Shown here: piece by piece, positions 51,728-64,000 of the stretch
How positions within the stretch are numbered: the stretch's first letter is position 1
Layout: each line of letters opens with the position of its first letter
Assembly: GCA_964016885.1 (NCBI GenBank)
Contig: OZ024746.1
Location: 20,770,001 to 20,834,000, forward strand
Origin: Eledone cirrhosa
Taxonomy: Eukaryota
Reading direction: 5' to 3'
DNA length: 64,000 bases
Notes under the pieces: generated by a model
Seen by the model: the letters and a program-made list of their open reading frames with translations, nothing else
Told to the model about the DNA's origin: nothing
The model's database searches: none
Program-made: the position numbers and the translations under genes

Positions 51728-52083
51728 TAATACATATTTACAGGATTTTACAGGCAAAATAAACCGACAGGAGACCCAGGGCAAGAATCCGAGCAAGAAG
51801 GTTGAATAACACAAATGAGCTCAGCTGGTTTCGGATCAATTTAAGACGGTTGCTTCTGATAGGACCCGCTGAAAGGAGTGTTTGAGCACTCTGCCCCACG
51901 ATTCTCTCAGGTAGAGACCATGGTAGTCGAGACATTGAAGTAAAATTAGGTAACTTTTTATCTTATTTGCTCTTCCCACTTATAATTTTAAAAAGGTCTG
52001 CCTAATTGATTATTTAATCATTCATCGAGCAAAAGTGGTAAAGAATGGCAACCCTATATATGCGTTTATATATATATATATAC

Positions 52084-52127
<44 letters not shown>

Positions 52128-52129
52128 GT

Positions 52130-52173
<44 letters not shown>

Positions 52174-52483
52174 GTTCTATACCCCCTCATAGTTGAGTAA
52201 AAGATTAGGCTGAAATAGACTGCTTCTTCTAGCAGCTCTGTTACTCGCCAATAGTCCACCTTTTGCTACCCTTCTTGATGACCCTAAACTATGTGATAAT
52301 TTTCCCTTTCGAAAACGTCACTGGCAATGATCAGTTCGAAGAATTTGTTCTTAGATTGAGAGGTCTCTTGAAAAGCCATGGGCTCACAGCTATGGATGCC
52401 CTAAAGTATCCAAATCTGCACACCTCTGTGGAAATTGAAGTAAAATTAGGTAACTTTTTATCTTATTTGCTCTTCCCACCTAC

Positions 52484-52517
<34 letters not shown>

Positions 52518-53578
52518 GTGTGTATGTGTGTGTGTATGTGTGTTTGTGTGTGCCTGTGTGTGTGTATGTGTGTTAGTGTGTGTGCGTGTGCATGTGTGTT
52601 TGTGTGTGTGTGTGCTTGTGTGTGTGTGTATGTGTGTGTTTGTGTGTGTATGTGTGTGTGGTTGTGAGTGAGTGTGTGTGTGTGGTTGCTTAGATGTAGA
52701 AGCAGGAAAAAAAAAATCTTTTCTTTTCCCTGCTTCTACATTTAAGCAACCACATACACCCATATACAACATATATGAATTCACCTCCCTATATAGAATT
52801 TTTGAATTAGATGTATTCTCATAAGTACACATATGCATGCACATCTATTTACAAACTCATACACACATGTATAGATGTATTATATATGTATAATACATAT
52901 TCTGCTTACGCATATACAATTTCTAACGGTTAAATACCTCTCATTTTTCCTTTTCAAATATGACTTTATTACAAAGTATGTTTATGGAAATCAATGTTTA
53001 ATATCTAAAACGCGATCAACATATGTTAACAATACTTTACACACAAGACTTTAAGAGTTGAAACGAGTGCAATAGAATTAAGTGAAATTCAATTCAAAAC
53101 ACTTGTTTACGTAGTTGCTAACATAATATCATTTAAATGAAAAGCTAAAAAGTATTTCTATATTTTTAAAGTGTAATAGCCATAGTATGGGTAGTAAAGC
53201 AAGGAATTCATTGTGATCATATTTCGACATTGCCTTTCGCTGCCCTCCTTTAGATTAAATATTTACTGATTAAATGTTATATTGTGGTTACTACGAAAAG
53301 ACATCTCTACACAAAAATCATTTTTCTGTTCAGACAAAAGAATTGTTATCACATTTGTATGACTGCTTCAGTAGCAATTGTTTTAGAGCAAAAGGCAGTG
53401 AGTAACCTCTAAACTGAATTCAGGATCAGGTTTCGATTACGAGTTGAAATCAATTCGATATATTTATTTCGGTTATACTCTAAAGAATGACATGCTCCGT
53501 AGACTACGCGATTTTCATTTTCTGATACATCTAAATACCTGTTACTATCCACAGTATATTATTATCGTATATTTGTGA

Positions 53579-53780
53579 TACGAGGGTAGGCTGAAAAGTT
53601 CATAGGCTGACTAAGAAGCAGTTATATTAGAGCTGTGAACACTTGCATGCATTAATTTCCACTCTTCTTATCAATAAATGCATTGTTTCTTTCCAGGGAC
53701 TATGTTGAAAAACAAACCTCATTTGGTCATTCCATGAGAGTATCTTGGTCTGCCTATGAACTTTTCAGCCGACCATAGTA
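53579..53780 (+). mobile_element. Mariner-derived MITE
   Basis: TA-CGAGGGTAGGCTGAAAAGTTCATAGGC ... GCCTATGAACTTTTCAGCCGACCATAG-TA. Confidence 0.85.
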
Positions 53781-55039
53781 TTTTATTTATAGTTGCTACT
53801 TATCATGAATATTGTTTATTAAAGCTTCATATCGAATTTAATTGTTGCAGTGACAAAAGATCAGAAGCCGTTAGTCGGAAGATGTAGGTGTTATAATAGT
53901 TCCAAAATCCTAACAGATTCTGAGTAAATAGGATGGATGACTGAAATCGCCCTCTTTGACAGAAATTGAACCCCAAACACAGACAAATGTAATAATTGCT
54001 GCAAACCATATATTCTGGTTATATACAATTTTAGCAACTCTATCAATGTACCTTGAATTTAAAAATACTATCAGTATTTTCTCTCCACACATAGATGTGG
54101 GAATTATCATCTCCATTTCACAAAGGGGGGAAAAGTATTGTTGTTGTTGAAGTAATACGAGAGGCATTAAATGCTATTACTCTGAAATACGTTTGACTTT
54201 CAATCAACTAACGTTAATAAATTTAAAGAGTAGCTTCATACTTTTAAAGATATATGTTCACTTAGAAGGAATAGTTAAGCCAAATGTAACAGAGGCATAT
54301 ATATGAGATGAGAAAGTTTGAAACTTCGATTTATACTTGGGTTTCATCTGTTCACACATAGTTGATAGTTGGCCCTTTTTGTTTTGGTATTTTTCTAATA
54401 TGTCATTGTCGAAAACCTTCTGGGGTCAAGAACAACCAAGAATAAAGCTTTGAAGACTTAAAGAAAGAAAATGTTGATGAAGGAAATGATGTGATATTAC
54501 CGGAGACAAACTGGAGACATAACGCTATAGAAATACTTAACTACTCTGACATCGATTTTTAACACATTGGAATTGTAGAAAAAAAGAAATAAAAGAGCTC
54601 TAAAGAAAACTTGCAGTGGCGCTCATGATCTACTGATTTATTTTCATCTTGCACTACCAATACTAAAATTTCTTCATATTGAAAATATTAATCTTTACTA
54701 AATCTAGCTGAAAAAATAACTTCACAAAATTCTGGCATCTGTCTTTTCCATGCTATTTTTTGATAAGTCAGCTAATAACATACAATACTCACTTTTTCGC
54801 AGGAAACTAAAATTTCTAAACATACAATGATTTTTCTAAAACACGGAAATATATTATTTTCTAAATCTATGTATCATACACATCAAAGCATCCATTCATA
54901 TATACATGATGCGCCCACACAAAAATATCTAAATTGCGTGTTAGTGTAACATAGGCATATACGTATGAACGAATATTGGTAAGCTCATGTACTAACATAT
55001 CTTTCAAATAATTAATTAATATTGATTGCAGAAAAAAGG

Positions 55040-55192
55040 AGATATTAGAAAGATTGAAGGGACGGGCAGGGTGTAATTGGAAAAAATATTTTTAGAGATA
55101 AATAACAGGTCCATTCATGTTTCCATTTCTTGGAATACTCTTGGATGGTGGCGTTTTGTCTATGATATATTTCTTTAGAAAAGTGGATGATG

Positions 55193-55195
<3 letters not shown>
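55040..55195 (-). mobile_element. Family P PLE fragment
   Basis: Reverse complement aligns with 1968-2108. Confidence 0.6.
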
Positions 55196-55263
<68 letters not shown>

Positions 55264-55400
55264 CTCTTGCTCTATGATGCTTTAAAGGGGATATACGGTT
55301 AAATTCATGTGCAAAGATTATAAAGCTGCTGCTGGCATTTGATTGCGGCTTGGTTGAATGTTTTATTTCCCATTGTTTCAGTCAGCTTGCTCTAAGAAAT

Positions 55401-55636
55401 ACTGTTAGTTATTTAGAAATATTATCGTCTACAAACTGACGTCATAGTCTGAAGGATATATCATATATCTTGTTAAAGATTTTCATCAAATGTCCAATCC
55501 ACACACTTAAACACATCTACTGTTAGTTATTTAGAAATATTATCGTCTACAAACTGACGTCATAGTCTGAAGGATATATCATATATCTTGTTAAAGATTT
55601 TCATCAAATGTCCAATCCACACACTTAAACACATCT
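55401..55636. repeat. Perfect 118-bp tandem duplication
   Basis: 55401-55518 is repeated at 55519-55636. Confidence 0.9.
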
Positions 55637-56884
55637 ATTGTTCGACTTGCTATGCACAATAGATTGATTTCAATTTCTTATCGATTATGTCAAAGCCAGT
55701 TTTCGCTGGGAAAGCATGTAATCTACTAATTTCGCCATTATGTAGAACGTATTTTGTTTCCCTCCAACCCCATGAGATCTAAATCATCGATAACCCCGAG
55801 GTGATTTTAGAATTAAATAAGAGTCGAAACTAAATATTATCACAACTCCTACTCTCCTGAACACACAGAATTTACAGGAGTAATCATTTATTGACAGATA
55901 CCTCTGATTGATTAGGCTTTTGCCAGTACAAGCTGCTTCATGGTCGAGTGGTTAGCGACTAAACTGGTTCCTCCACAAAACCATAGTCTGACTAGGAGGA
56001 TAAGTGGAACCCCCAGCAGCACAAAAAACAAAACAAAACAAAACAAAAGCCGTCAAAAGGGAAGATGAACTCCTCAGAGTCAACGGCATAATTGGCCAAG
56101 CGTGGTGAGTAGGGCTACATCTTTAAAGATATGACAAAAGCCAAACAGAAATCAACCGAGGAGTGGTTCTTCCAACAGGATTGGGAAGGACTTGGATTGG
56201 ATTAGATTGGAGCCATGATTGCGAAATGTTAAGCAGCTGTCTTGCTTTATATTTGCATGTGATGAATGAATTCTTGACTAAAGAAACTATTTTTAATTAT
56301 GTTCCAAATAATTTCGAGAGTTCAAATTAATTGGATTTATCTCAAACGTGGACATACTGAACATAAGAATAGCTGTTTTGAACATACAGATCATGGAATT
56401 TATCTTAGTGATTTATAACAAACACAATTCTAATTTGAAATCAGCTGCTGTGCGCACTCTTTAATATCTACAGCTGTTAGTTGTAACTCAAATGGCATTA
56501 ATAATTTGGTTGCTACATGCAATCGAATGATATTAATAATTTTAAAATCTATGCCCTGTTGTCAGCTAGATAAAGACATCAGCATTGTATACATTTTATG
56601 AAAGAAATTTTTCAGCGAAAATTCTTTAAACATCTGTTATTTATTAAAGAGTTGAAAATTGCTCCCAAAGCAGCATTTCACCTATATATCTGCTATTGAA
56701 ATTAATACACAACCATTAACAACATTTATAACAAATTGTATAAATTTTAGCTTAAATATATATATGAAATATCATATTAACTAATAAAATGTTAAATAAC
56801 GCCAAAGTAAATTGGCAAATAATCATCAAAAACAGATTAAATGTGTAATTGAAAGTATCAGAAACGTTTATTCATACATAATTC

Positions 56885-57101
56885 ATATATTCGAATATAA
56901 GTAGAGACGAATATAAGCCGATCCCACTATTTTATGACTGAGAAATGTCTGAGAAATCGGCAAACATCCAAACCTTATCTACGTAGAATTTAAAGTTGGT
57001 GAATATCGTCAAATTATCGAGTCCAATTATAAGCCGAATCCTCTTCTGTCATCGATGTTTTGGTCACATATTCCTCGACTTATATTCGAGTATATACGGT
57101 A
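56885..57101. mobile_element. Tc2/pogo-type MITE remnant
   Basis: Right terminal repeat TCGACTTATATTCGAGTATATACGG-TA, degraded left repeat TATATTCGAATATAAG, internal TATAAGCCGA repeats. Confidence 0.65.
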
Positions 57102-57440
57102 AGTGAAGACCCCTTTCCCAGATACCTCTATCAATCGAGATTGATAGAATACTATGAAATTAAACTCTGAATCATTGTTTACTAGAAATCTTCAATCACT
57201 CTTGATTAGGAAACTGATGTTACCTTTTGGTAAAATCTTCATATTTGCTGAGACCTAATTTACATATATCATAAACTATTCTTGAAATAACCTTCGTGTA
57301 GTATGACAAATTAACATTGAGAATTAATAGCACATTCATACTAGACTATGCAAAAGGAGTCACATGCTTCCGAACTGATGGAATATTCGACTGTTGAACG
57401 TCACCTGTGTCCTTTGTGAGGGTCGGCTGTACATTTCATT

Positions 57441-57633
57441 GGCTGAAAAGTTCATAGGCTGACCAAAACACTCTCATGGAATGACCAAATGAGGTTTATT
57501 TTTTTAACATAGTCCCTGGAAAGAAACAATGCAATTATTAATAAGAAGAGTTGAAATTAATGCATGTAAGATTTCACGGATCTAGCATCATTCCTTCATA
57601 GTCAGCCTATACATTTTTCAGCCTACACTTGTA
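57441..57633 (-). mobile_element. Mariner-derived MITE
   Basis: Reverse complement of the 53579-53780 family. Confidence 0.8.
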
Positions 57634-58372
57634 ACAACGAACTTCATGTCCATGAGAAGAGAAATCCCCTCGTATGTGGCCATGGCTAAGACACAAATCG
57701 CATCTGGCCTACTTATCAAATCTGTAAGAAAGTATAATATAACGCTATAGTTGACTATTGTAAAAAGTGCTATTCGTTTATGATTAATAGTAATTTCATT
57801 AAATTACAACGATGTGTTAAAATTCTCTTGGAGGGACGTGAGGTTTAGATCTTTAGTTTGTTTTATTTTGTTGCCTTTCAACTAATTCGTTGTGAAGAGA
57901 CAACAAAATCTCAGGCTCTAGGTCTTACTCAACATGGAAAACATTTCGATCAACAGAAATGTTAAATGACTGTATTCAAGATACAAAACAAAACATATAC
58001 TAGACTGTATATAAATCTATGCACGTTTGCTGCAAGAGTTACCAGGGAACACATTTTATAGATTACTATTTAGCATGCATAGATGGAATTTAACTTGTTT
58101 TACTTTGGTATATTTTCACTAATGATGAAGAATTTCAGTCATTCAGTAAAGTTTATAGTATAAAGAATTAAAGAGGAGATAGAGAGAGAGGTGGAGGGAG
58201 AGAGAGAATGTAGGGAAGAGATGATAAAGAAAGAGAGACAGACAATAATTGATGACGAGGAGATAGAGGAGACTAGGTTAAAAGACATACTAATTTCTAC
58301 CAATAATATATGAAAATTATGCAGGTGTCGATGAGGTTTGTTCCCGAGAAATAGAAGAGAAAAGAACAGAGT

Positions 58373-58431
<59 letters not shown>

Positions 58432-58450
58432 TAGAGAAAGAGAGAGAGAG

Positions 58451-58571
<121 letters not shown>

Positions 58572-59371
58572 AAAAAATAGAGAGAGAGAGAGGAATTAGA
58601 CAAAGTGTACAACACTACAGAGGTAATCTCAATTAAGTTGTCATATAATGTGTCGTGAAAGATATTTCCGGTAAAGAAAATAGAAATGTTTACCATTTAT
58701 TCAGCATGATATAACCTCATTAGTGTTAGTAGATTACATAGAACTTCCACTGAACAGAGAAATAAGCTGGTCGTAGCTTATAGCTTAGGAAACTGCAAGA
58801 AAATCCCAGCTCTTATTTAGCAAGATAGATCCACAAAAAAAGTTGAAAAAATATGTTTATGCCAGACAAAGGATCAGTTCCGATACGTAAAATATCTTTT
58901 CTCCCCACGCAAACTAATGAACTTTGCTATATTTTTTCGTAATCAACATAACGGAATAGAGACAAGACACAAACCGCAAAGCTCTCTGTGACCAATCCTT
59001 CAAAACATGGAATAATTAACAAATGCTATTTTACCTTGTAGTCCAAGTCTTAATGCAGAGCTGCAATGATATCGTAATCCTTAACCACTTGCTACACTTA
59101 ATAAGTTTACTTACATGCAACAACAATCTTACTAATTCAAAGTTAACCTTAACTGCACCCACTTCATCCAGTCTAATGGATTTGCAAATTTCTTATTTAA
59201 GCTACAAGATTTAGAAGAGTGTGTAATCGATTAAGTGGACTGTGACACGTCACTTATTGATTCCAAAGGATGACAGTTAATACAAGAACACAAGATGTTC
59301 ATTAGATATCACGAGACATTTTGTCAACCGCTCTACCGATTATGCATTCCACCGGTCTCAACTCCAACTAA

Positions 59372-60170
59372 ATAATTGTTTTCACGTTAGGCACAAGGCC
59401 AGCAAATACCCAGTGTATTACTGGTACTTTATTTTATCGACCCCGTAAGGATGAAAGGCAAAGTTAATCTCGGCGGGATTTGAACTCAGAATGGCAAGGG
59501 CCGTAACTCTATGCGCCAAAGCATGGCATCCGACACTCTACAACTCCAACTAAATAATGGTTTTTATTTAGGAACAAGACCAACAATCTTGGGGGAGGGC
59601 AAAGTCGATTAAATCGACCCCAGTGTGTTACTGTTTCATCCTATAGGGATGAAAAGCAAAGCTAAACTCGGCGGGATTTGAACTTAGAATATAAAAGAAG
59701 GTAATTATATACATATTGTCCGACGGTCTAACCAAACTGCCAATCTACCACATAAGAATGGTTTCTGATTAAGGCACAAGGCCAACAATTTTGGGGAGGG
59801 GAAGTCGCTTAAATTGACCCCAGTTCGTTACTGGTACTTTATTTTATCAACCTCGTTAGTATGAAGGGTAAAGAATTTCGGTGGGATCTGAACTCAGGGC
59901 GCAAAGAGGCGTAACTATATGTCGTAGAGCATGTTATCCGACGCTCTACCGATTACTGCCAATCCACAACCCTTACTCCAACTAAATAAAAAAAGTAGAT
60001 GCAGCCTTTTTTTTTTTAGAGGATGTTGAGATTAGAAACAGCTCTATTTTACATTTGCGAGGCAGTTACTATAGAATATTGATTTCTAGTTTAGGCACAA
60101 GGCCAGCAAACCTAGCGGAGGGTAAAGCTGACTAAATAAACCTCAATAGTTTATTGATACTTTATTTTAT
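59372..60170 (-). mobile_element. Tandem OK-like SINE cluster (three to four copies)
   Basis: Copies near 59372, 59553, 59755 and 60078. ACTCCAACTAAATAA junction repeated. Confidence 0.85.
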
Positions 60171-60194
60171 ATGTCTGAGAAATGGAAGAGAGAA

Positions 60195-60320
60195 AAGCAG
60201 AGATAGATAGATAGATAGATATATATATATATATATATAGAGAGAGTCAGCAAGAGATAGATAGAGAGAGAGATAGATAGATATATATATAGAGAGAGAA
60301 AGTCAGCAAGAGATAGATAG

Positions 60321-60358
<38 letters not shown>

Positions 60359-60414
60359 TCAGCAAGAGATAGATAGAGAGCGAGAGAGATAGATATATAT
60401 AGAGAGAGTCAGCA

Positions 60415-60455
<41 letters not shown>

Positions 60456-60608
60456 TAGATAGATAGAGATAGATATATATAGAGAGAGAGTCAGCAAGAG
60501 ATAGATAGATAGAGAGAGAGAGATAGATATAGCGAGAGAGAGAGTCAGCAAGAGATAGATAAAGAGATAGATATATATATAGAGAGAGAGTCAGCAAGAG
60601 ATAGAGAT

Positions 60609-60700
<92 letters not shown>
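60195..60700. repeat. Compound minisatellite: GTCAGCAAGA units in GATA/TA/GA repeats
   Basis: About seven AGTCAGCAAGA(GA)TA units separated by simple repeats. Confidence 0.85.
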
Positions 60701-60702
<2 letters not shown>

Positions 60703-60721
60703 AGACAAAGATAAATACAGA

Positions 60722-60757
<36 letters not shown>

Positions 60758-61397
60758 GGGTGGCAAATGTGTATAACACTAAAGAGGTAACCTTAATTAA
60801 GTTGTTACATGATGTATCATAATAGGCAAAGTTGATCTCAGCAGGATTTGAAGTCAGAATATTAAAATCCAGAACAAATAACACAATGATATTTTATCCA
60901 GTGCTCTACCAATTCCATCAGTGTCCACCACAGTCTGATTAAAGATGAAGCGGACTCAGAGACTGACATTACCGTCTTGGTTGTTTCAGTAATTTATAGA
61001 GAAAACTTAACTCTACACCGAAAAATACAGAAAAATACAGATGGGAGGTGGAATACAAGAATACAAAAATATGAGAACAAGATACAAAAGATCATGATTC
61101 GATTTGACAACCGTATGTATTTTTTATGAATAGATGCAAAGTCTCTTGGCATTTCTTCAAGTCCTAATAGCTAATTACATCCAAACTTTATTACCATTCT
61201 ATTATTCTAACATCTCGCCACGCACTTCAGGTAATTACTACGAATAATTATTAATAGGAAATACAAAAAAAAAGAGAAAATATAATTATTTCTCAATATT
61301 TTAATCAATGTTTCTAGTCGATTAATGAGCTATACTCATTATTAGACGGCTATTTCTTTCTCTCTAGCTCTCTTTCACTTTCTCTTTCTCTTTGTAA

Positions 61398-61511
<114 letters not shown>

Positions 61512-61695
61512 TCGCTTTACAAACACACTTATAATTTAATGGTAACCGCAGAAATTTTGATGTTCATTTTCATTGAAGCAGGCACATATATATATACACA
61601 GGCACATATATACACACACACGTGCATACCCTCCCCATATATATCTATACACACACACATATATATATACGTATATATATGTGTACATGTATGTA

Positions 61696-61740
<45 letters not shown>

Positions 61741-62459
61741 CTCTATCTCTCTCTCTCCACACACACACACACATATATATATTCAGACCAATAGCAATCA
61801 CCTTCCTGATTACACATATTGTCTTGTTTTATTATAGCTACAAAATAAATTACATGAAATGTGACGACGACTTGTCATGTTGAGATTACTTAATTCTGTT
61901 ACTGTTCTCTTCTCTCATCATTTTCTTTTTAGATTATTTCTTTTGTTTTCCTTGTTTTCTCTCTCTTATATATATCCGAAAAAAAAAAACACAAAAAAAT
62001 TAACAAACAGCTTTAATATTAACGAAGAGAAATTCTTTGTTTGTTTCGGTCATGGAAACTATTTCATGACATGTCTTATTCAATGACTATACATTTTATT
62101 TTGTTCTTTACAGTCAGTCTAGGTCAGCTATTCACTAGCAAGAGATGGATTAGCAAAGTAATAAAACTGTGAAAAGCATTTTTATGGTATTAGTGTGTGA
62201 GGTGTAGGTGCATTGTAGATCTTCTGTCTATGTATGTTTGTGTGTGTGTGTTTGAGTGTGCGTTACTTTATTTGCTTTGTTTTTACTGGAAGACGATAAA
62301 CAAGATCCCAGACCTCATTCGCTTATAGAGTGAGGTGGAACTTGTCAAATCGGACCAAGCAAACAATGTTCCAATTGATCTTTCCATTGCTGATACTATC
62401 TACAGATCGCAACTCTTGACAGAAGGAGCAATGTGAAATAAAGTGTCTTGCTCAAGAAC

Positions 62460-62651
62460 ATAATTGTTTCTACTTTTAGGCACAAGGCCAGCAATTACCC
62501 AGTGCATTACTGGTACTTTATTTTATCGACCCCGTAAGGATGAAAGGCAAAGTTAACCTCGGCGGGATTTGAACTCAGAATGGTAAGGGCCGTAACTCTA
62601 TGCGTTAAAGCATGGCGTCCGACCCACTACCGATACTGCCAATCCACCGCC
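62460..62651 (-). mobile_element. OK-like SINE with target-site duplication
   Basis: Full copy flanked by TGCTCAAGAACATAAT at about 62449-62464 and 62653-62668. Confidence 0.9.
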
Positions 62652-62781
62652 ATGCTCAAGAACATAATGCATCGCTTGGTCTAGGAATCGAACTCACAAT
62701 CGCGAGGTTTCGAATCTAATTCGCTAACCAATGTGTCACGTCCCGTCACTTATTTTTGTTACGATTGTAATATTATCTGAC

Positions 62782-62974
62782 TGGGTCGACTGAAAAGTTC
62801 ATTGGCTGACTATGAAGGAGTGATACTAGAGCTGTGAAATCTCGCATGCATTAATTTCAACTCTTCTTATTAATAACTGCATTGTTTTTTTCCAGGGACT
62901 ATGTTGAAAAGTAAACCTCATTTAGTCATTCCATGATGGTATCTTGATCAGCCTATGAACTCTTCAGCCAGCCA
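62782..62974 (+). mobile_element. Mariner-derived MITE
   Basis: Same family as 53579-53780. Confidence 0.8.
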
Positions 62975-63469
62975 TCATGTGTAGTGGACATATATACATT
63001 TCAGGGAACTTGAATGCAGAATATTTAGAATGACTTGCAAATCTTCATTGGACTGCTAATAATCTATTGGATTTGGAGAATGCCGGTCAGGTAGCTTTGT
63101 AATTTTTTGGGTGACCCTATAGTTTCTAAGCTTTTATCAAAATCTGTTGTGACACACATACACGCACACTCACACCCAGATATACACATACATCCTCATA
63201 CATACACACACTCACACACAAATGCCCTTATCTCTCTCTCTTACATATACTCTCACATACAACCACTCTCTCACTCCCCACACGCACACACGCATACACA
63301 CGTACACACATACACAGACATACATACACAGACACACATACACAAACACTTATACTCTCATAAACACACGCTCATAAACAAAGACATCTCTTTCACACAC
63401 ACTCTCTCTCACATACAAACACTATCTCCCACATAGACACACACACACTCGCACAGACACAGGCACATT

Positions 63470-63515
<46 letters not shown>

Positions 63516-63889
63516 GTGGAGTATAAGAAACATCCTTATATTTGAAAAAATATACAGAAGAATGACTACACTGCGGATTGGTTGGTGTACCTTAATAATG
63601 CATTGTTTTACAACGAATAAGTTTTATTATTAGTCATTGTAAGTCCTTGTTAATTTCAGTGGTGAACTTTACGTCAGGAAGAGACTAGTCTGACAGGAGA
63701 TCGCTGCCAAATGTGAGAATGTTCCCCCATTGAAGTTAATGCTTTGTTTTGGAATAGCTCAAAGACACTTACATAATATGCGTCGCAACGTATAGATCGA
63801 CGCCTATGTAATTAGCTTTCACCAACACTGACGATTGCCATGTCAATGTGCCAATAATCATATATCAAATGTAATTGCACTCTCTAATT

Positions 63890-63920
<31 letters not shown>

Positions 63921-64000
63921 TATATATACGTATGTATGTGTGTTTGTACACACACATATATATGTATGTATGTGTGTGTGTATGTATGAGTATTTGTGTA

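Noticed and set aside
60195-60610. Regularly spaced GTCAGCAAGA repeats, superficially CRISPR-like
   Set aside because: The spacers are simple repeats, the context is eukaryotic and there are no cas genes; this is a minisatellite.

Overview
AT-rich, microsatellite-dense eukaryotic DNA with no recognisable host gene. The repeat landscape looks like an octopus/cephalopod intergenic or intronic region, which is inferred from the SINE family and microsatellite load. Large elements: a near full-length Tx1/L1-clade LINE (about 22.7-28.5 kb; intact ORF2, broken ORF1) inside a (TATC)n array, plus a second 3' copy also in (TATC)n; a dead RTE LINE with a PHD-like finger (about 16.9-20.5 kb); and a CRE-clade endonuclease fragment missed by the ORF track (350-763). 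Smaller repeats: about 25 copies of a tRNA-derived SINE, five mariner MITEs, Helitron remnants and a tRNA-like cloverleaf. The main signal is more than 20 short Penelope-like element (PLE) insertions in (TA)n arrays, many of them fold-back palindromes carrying type I hammerhead ribozymes, some with the U3:A8 compensatory core. About ten families, most with no other sequence similarity, share one covarying bulged hairpin, RCTC-[stem-loop]-bulge-GAGY. It lies 3-8 nt downstream of the point where the inverted arm ends and is a candidate cis signal positioning the second reverse-transcription start.
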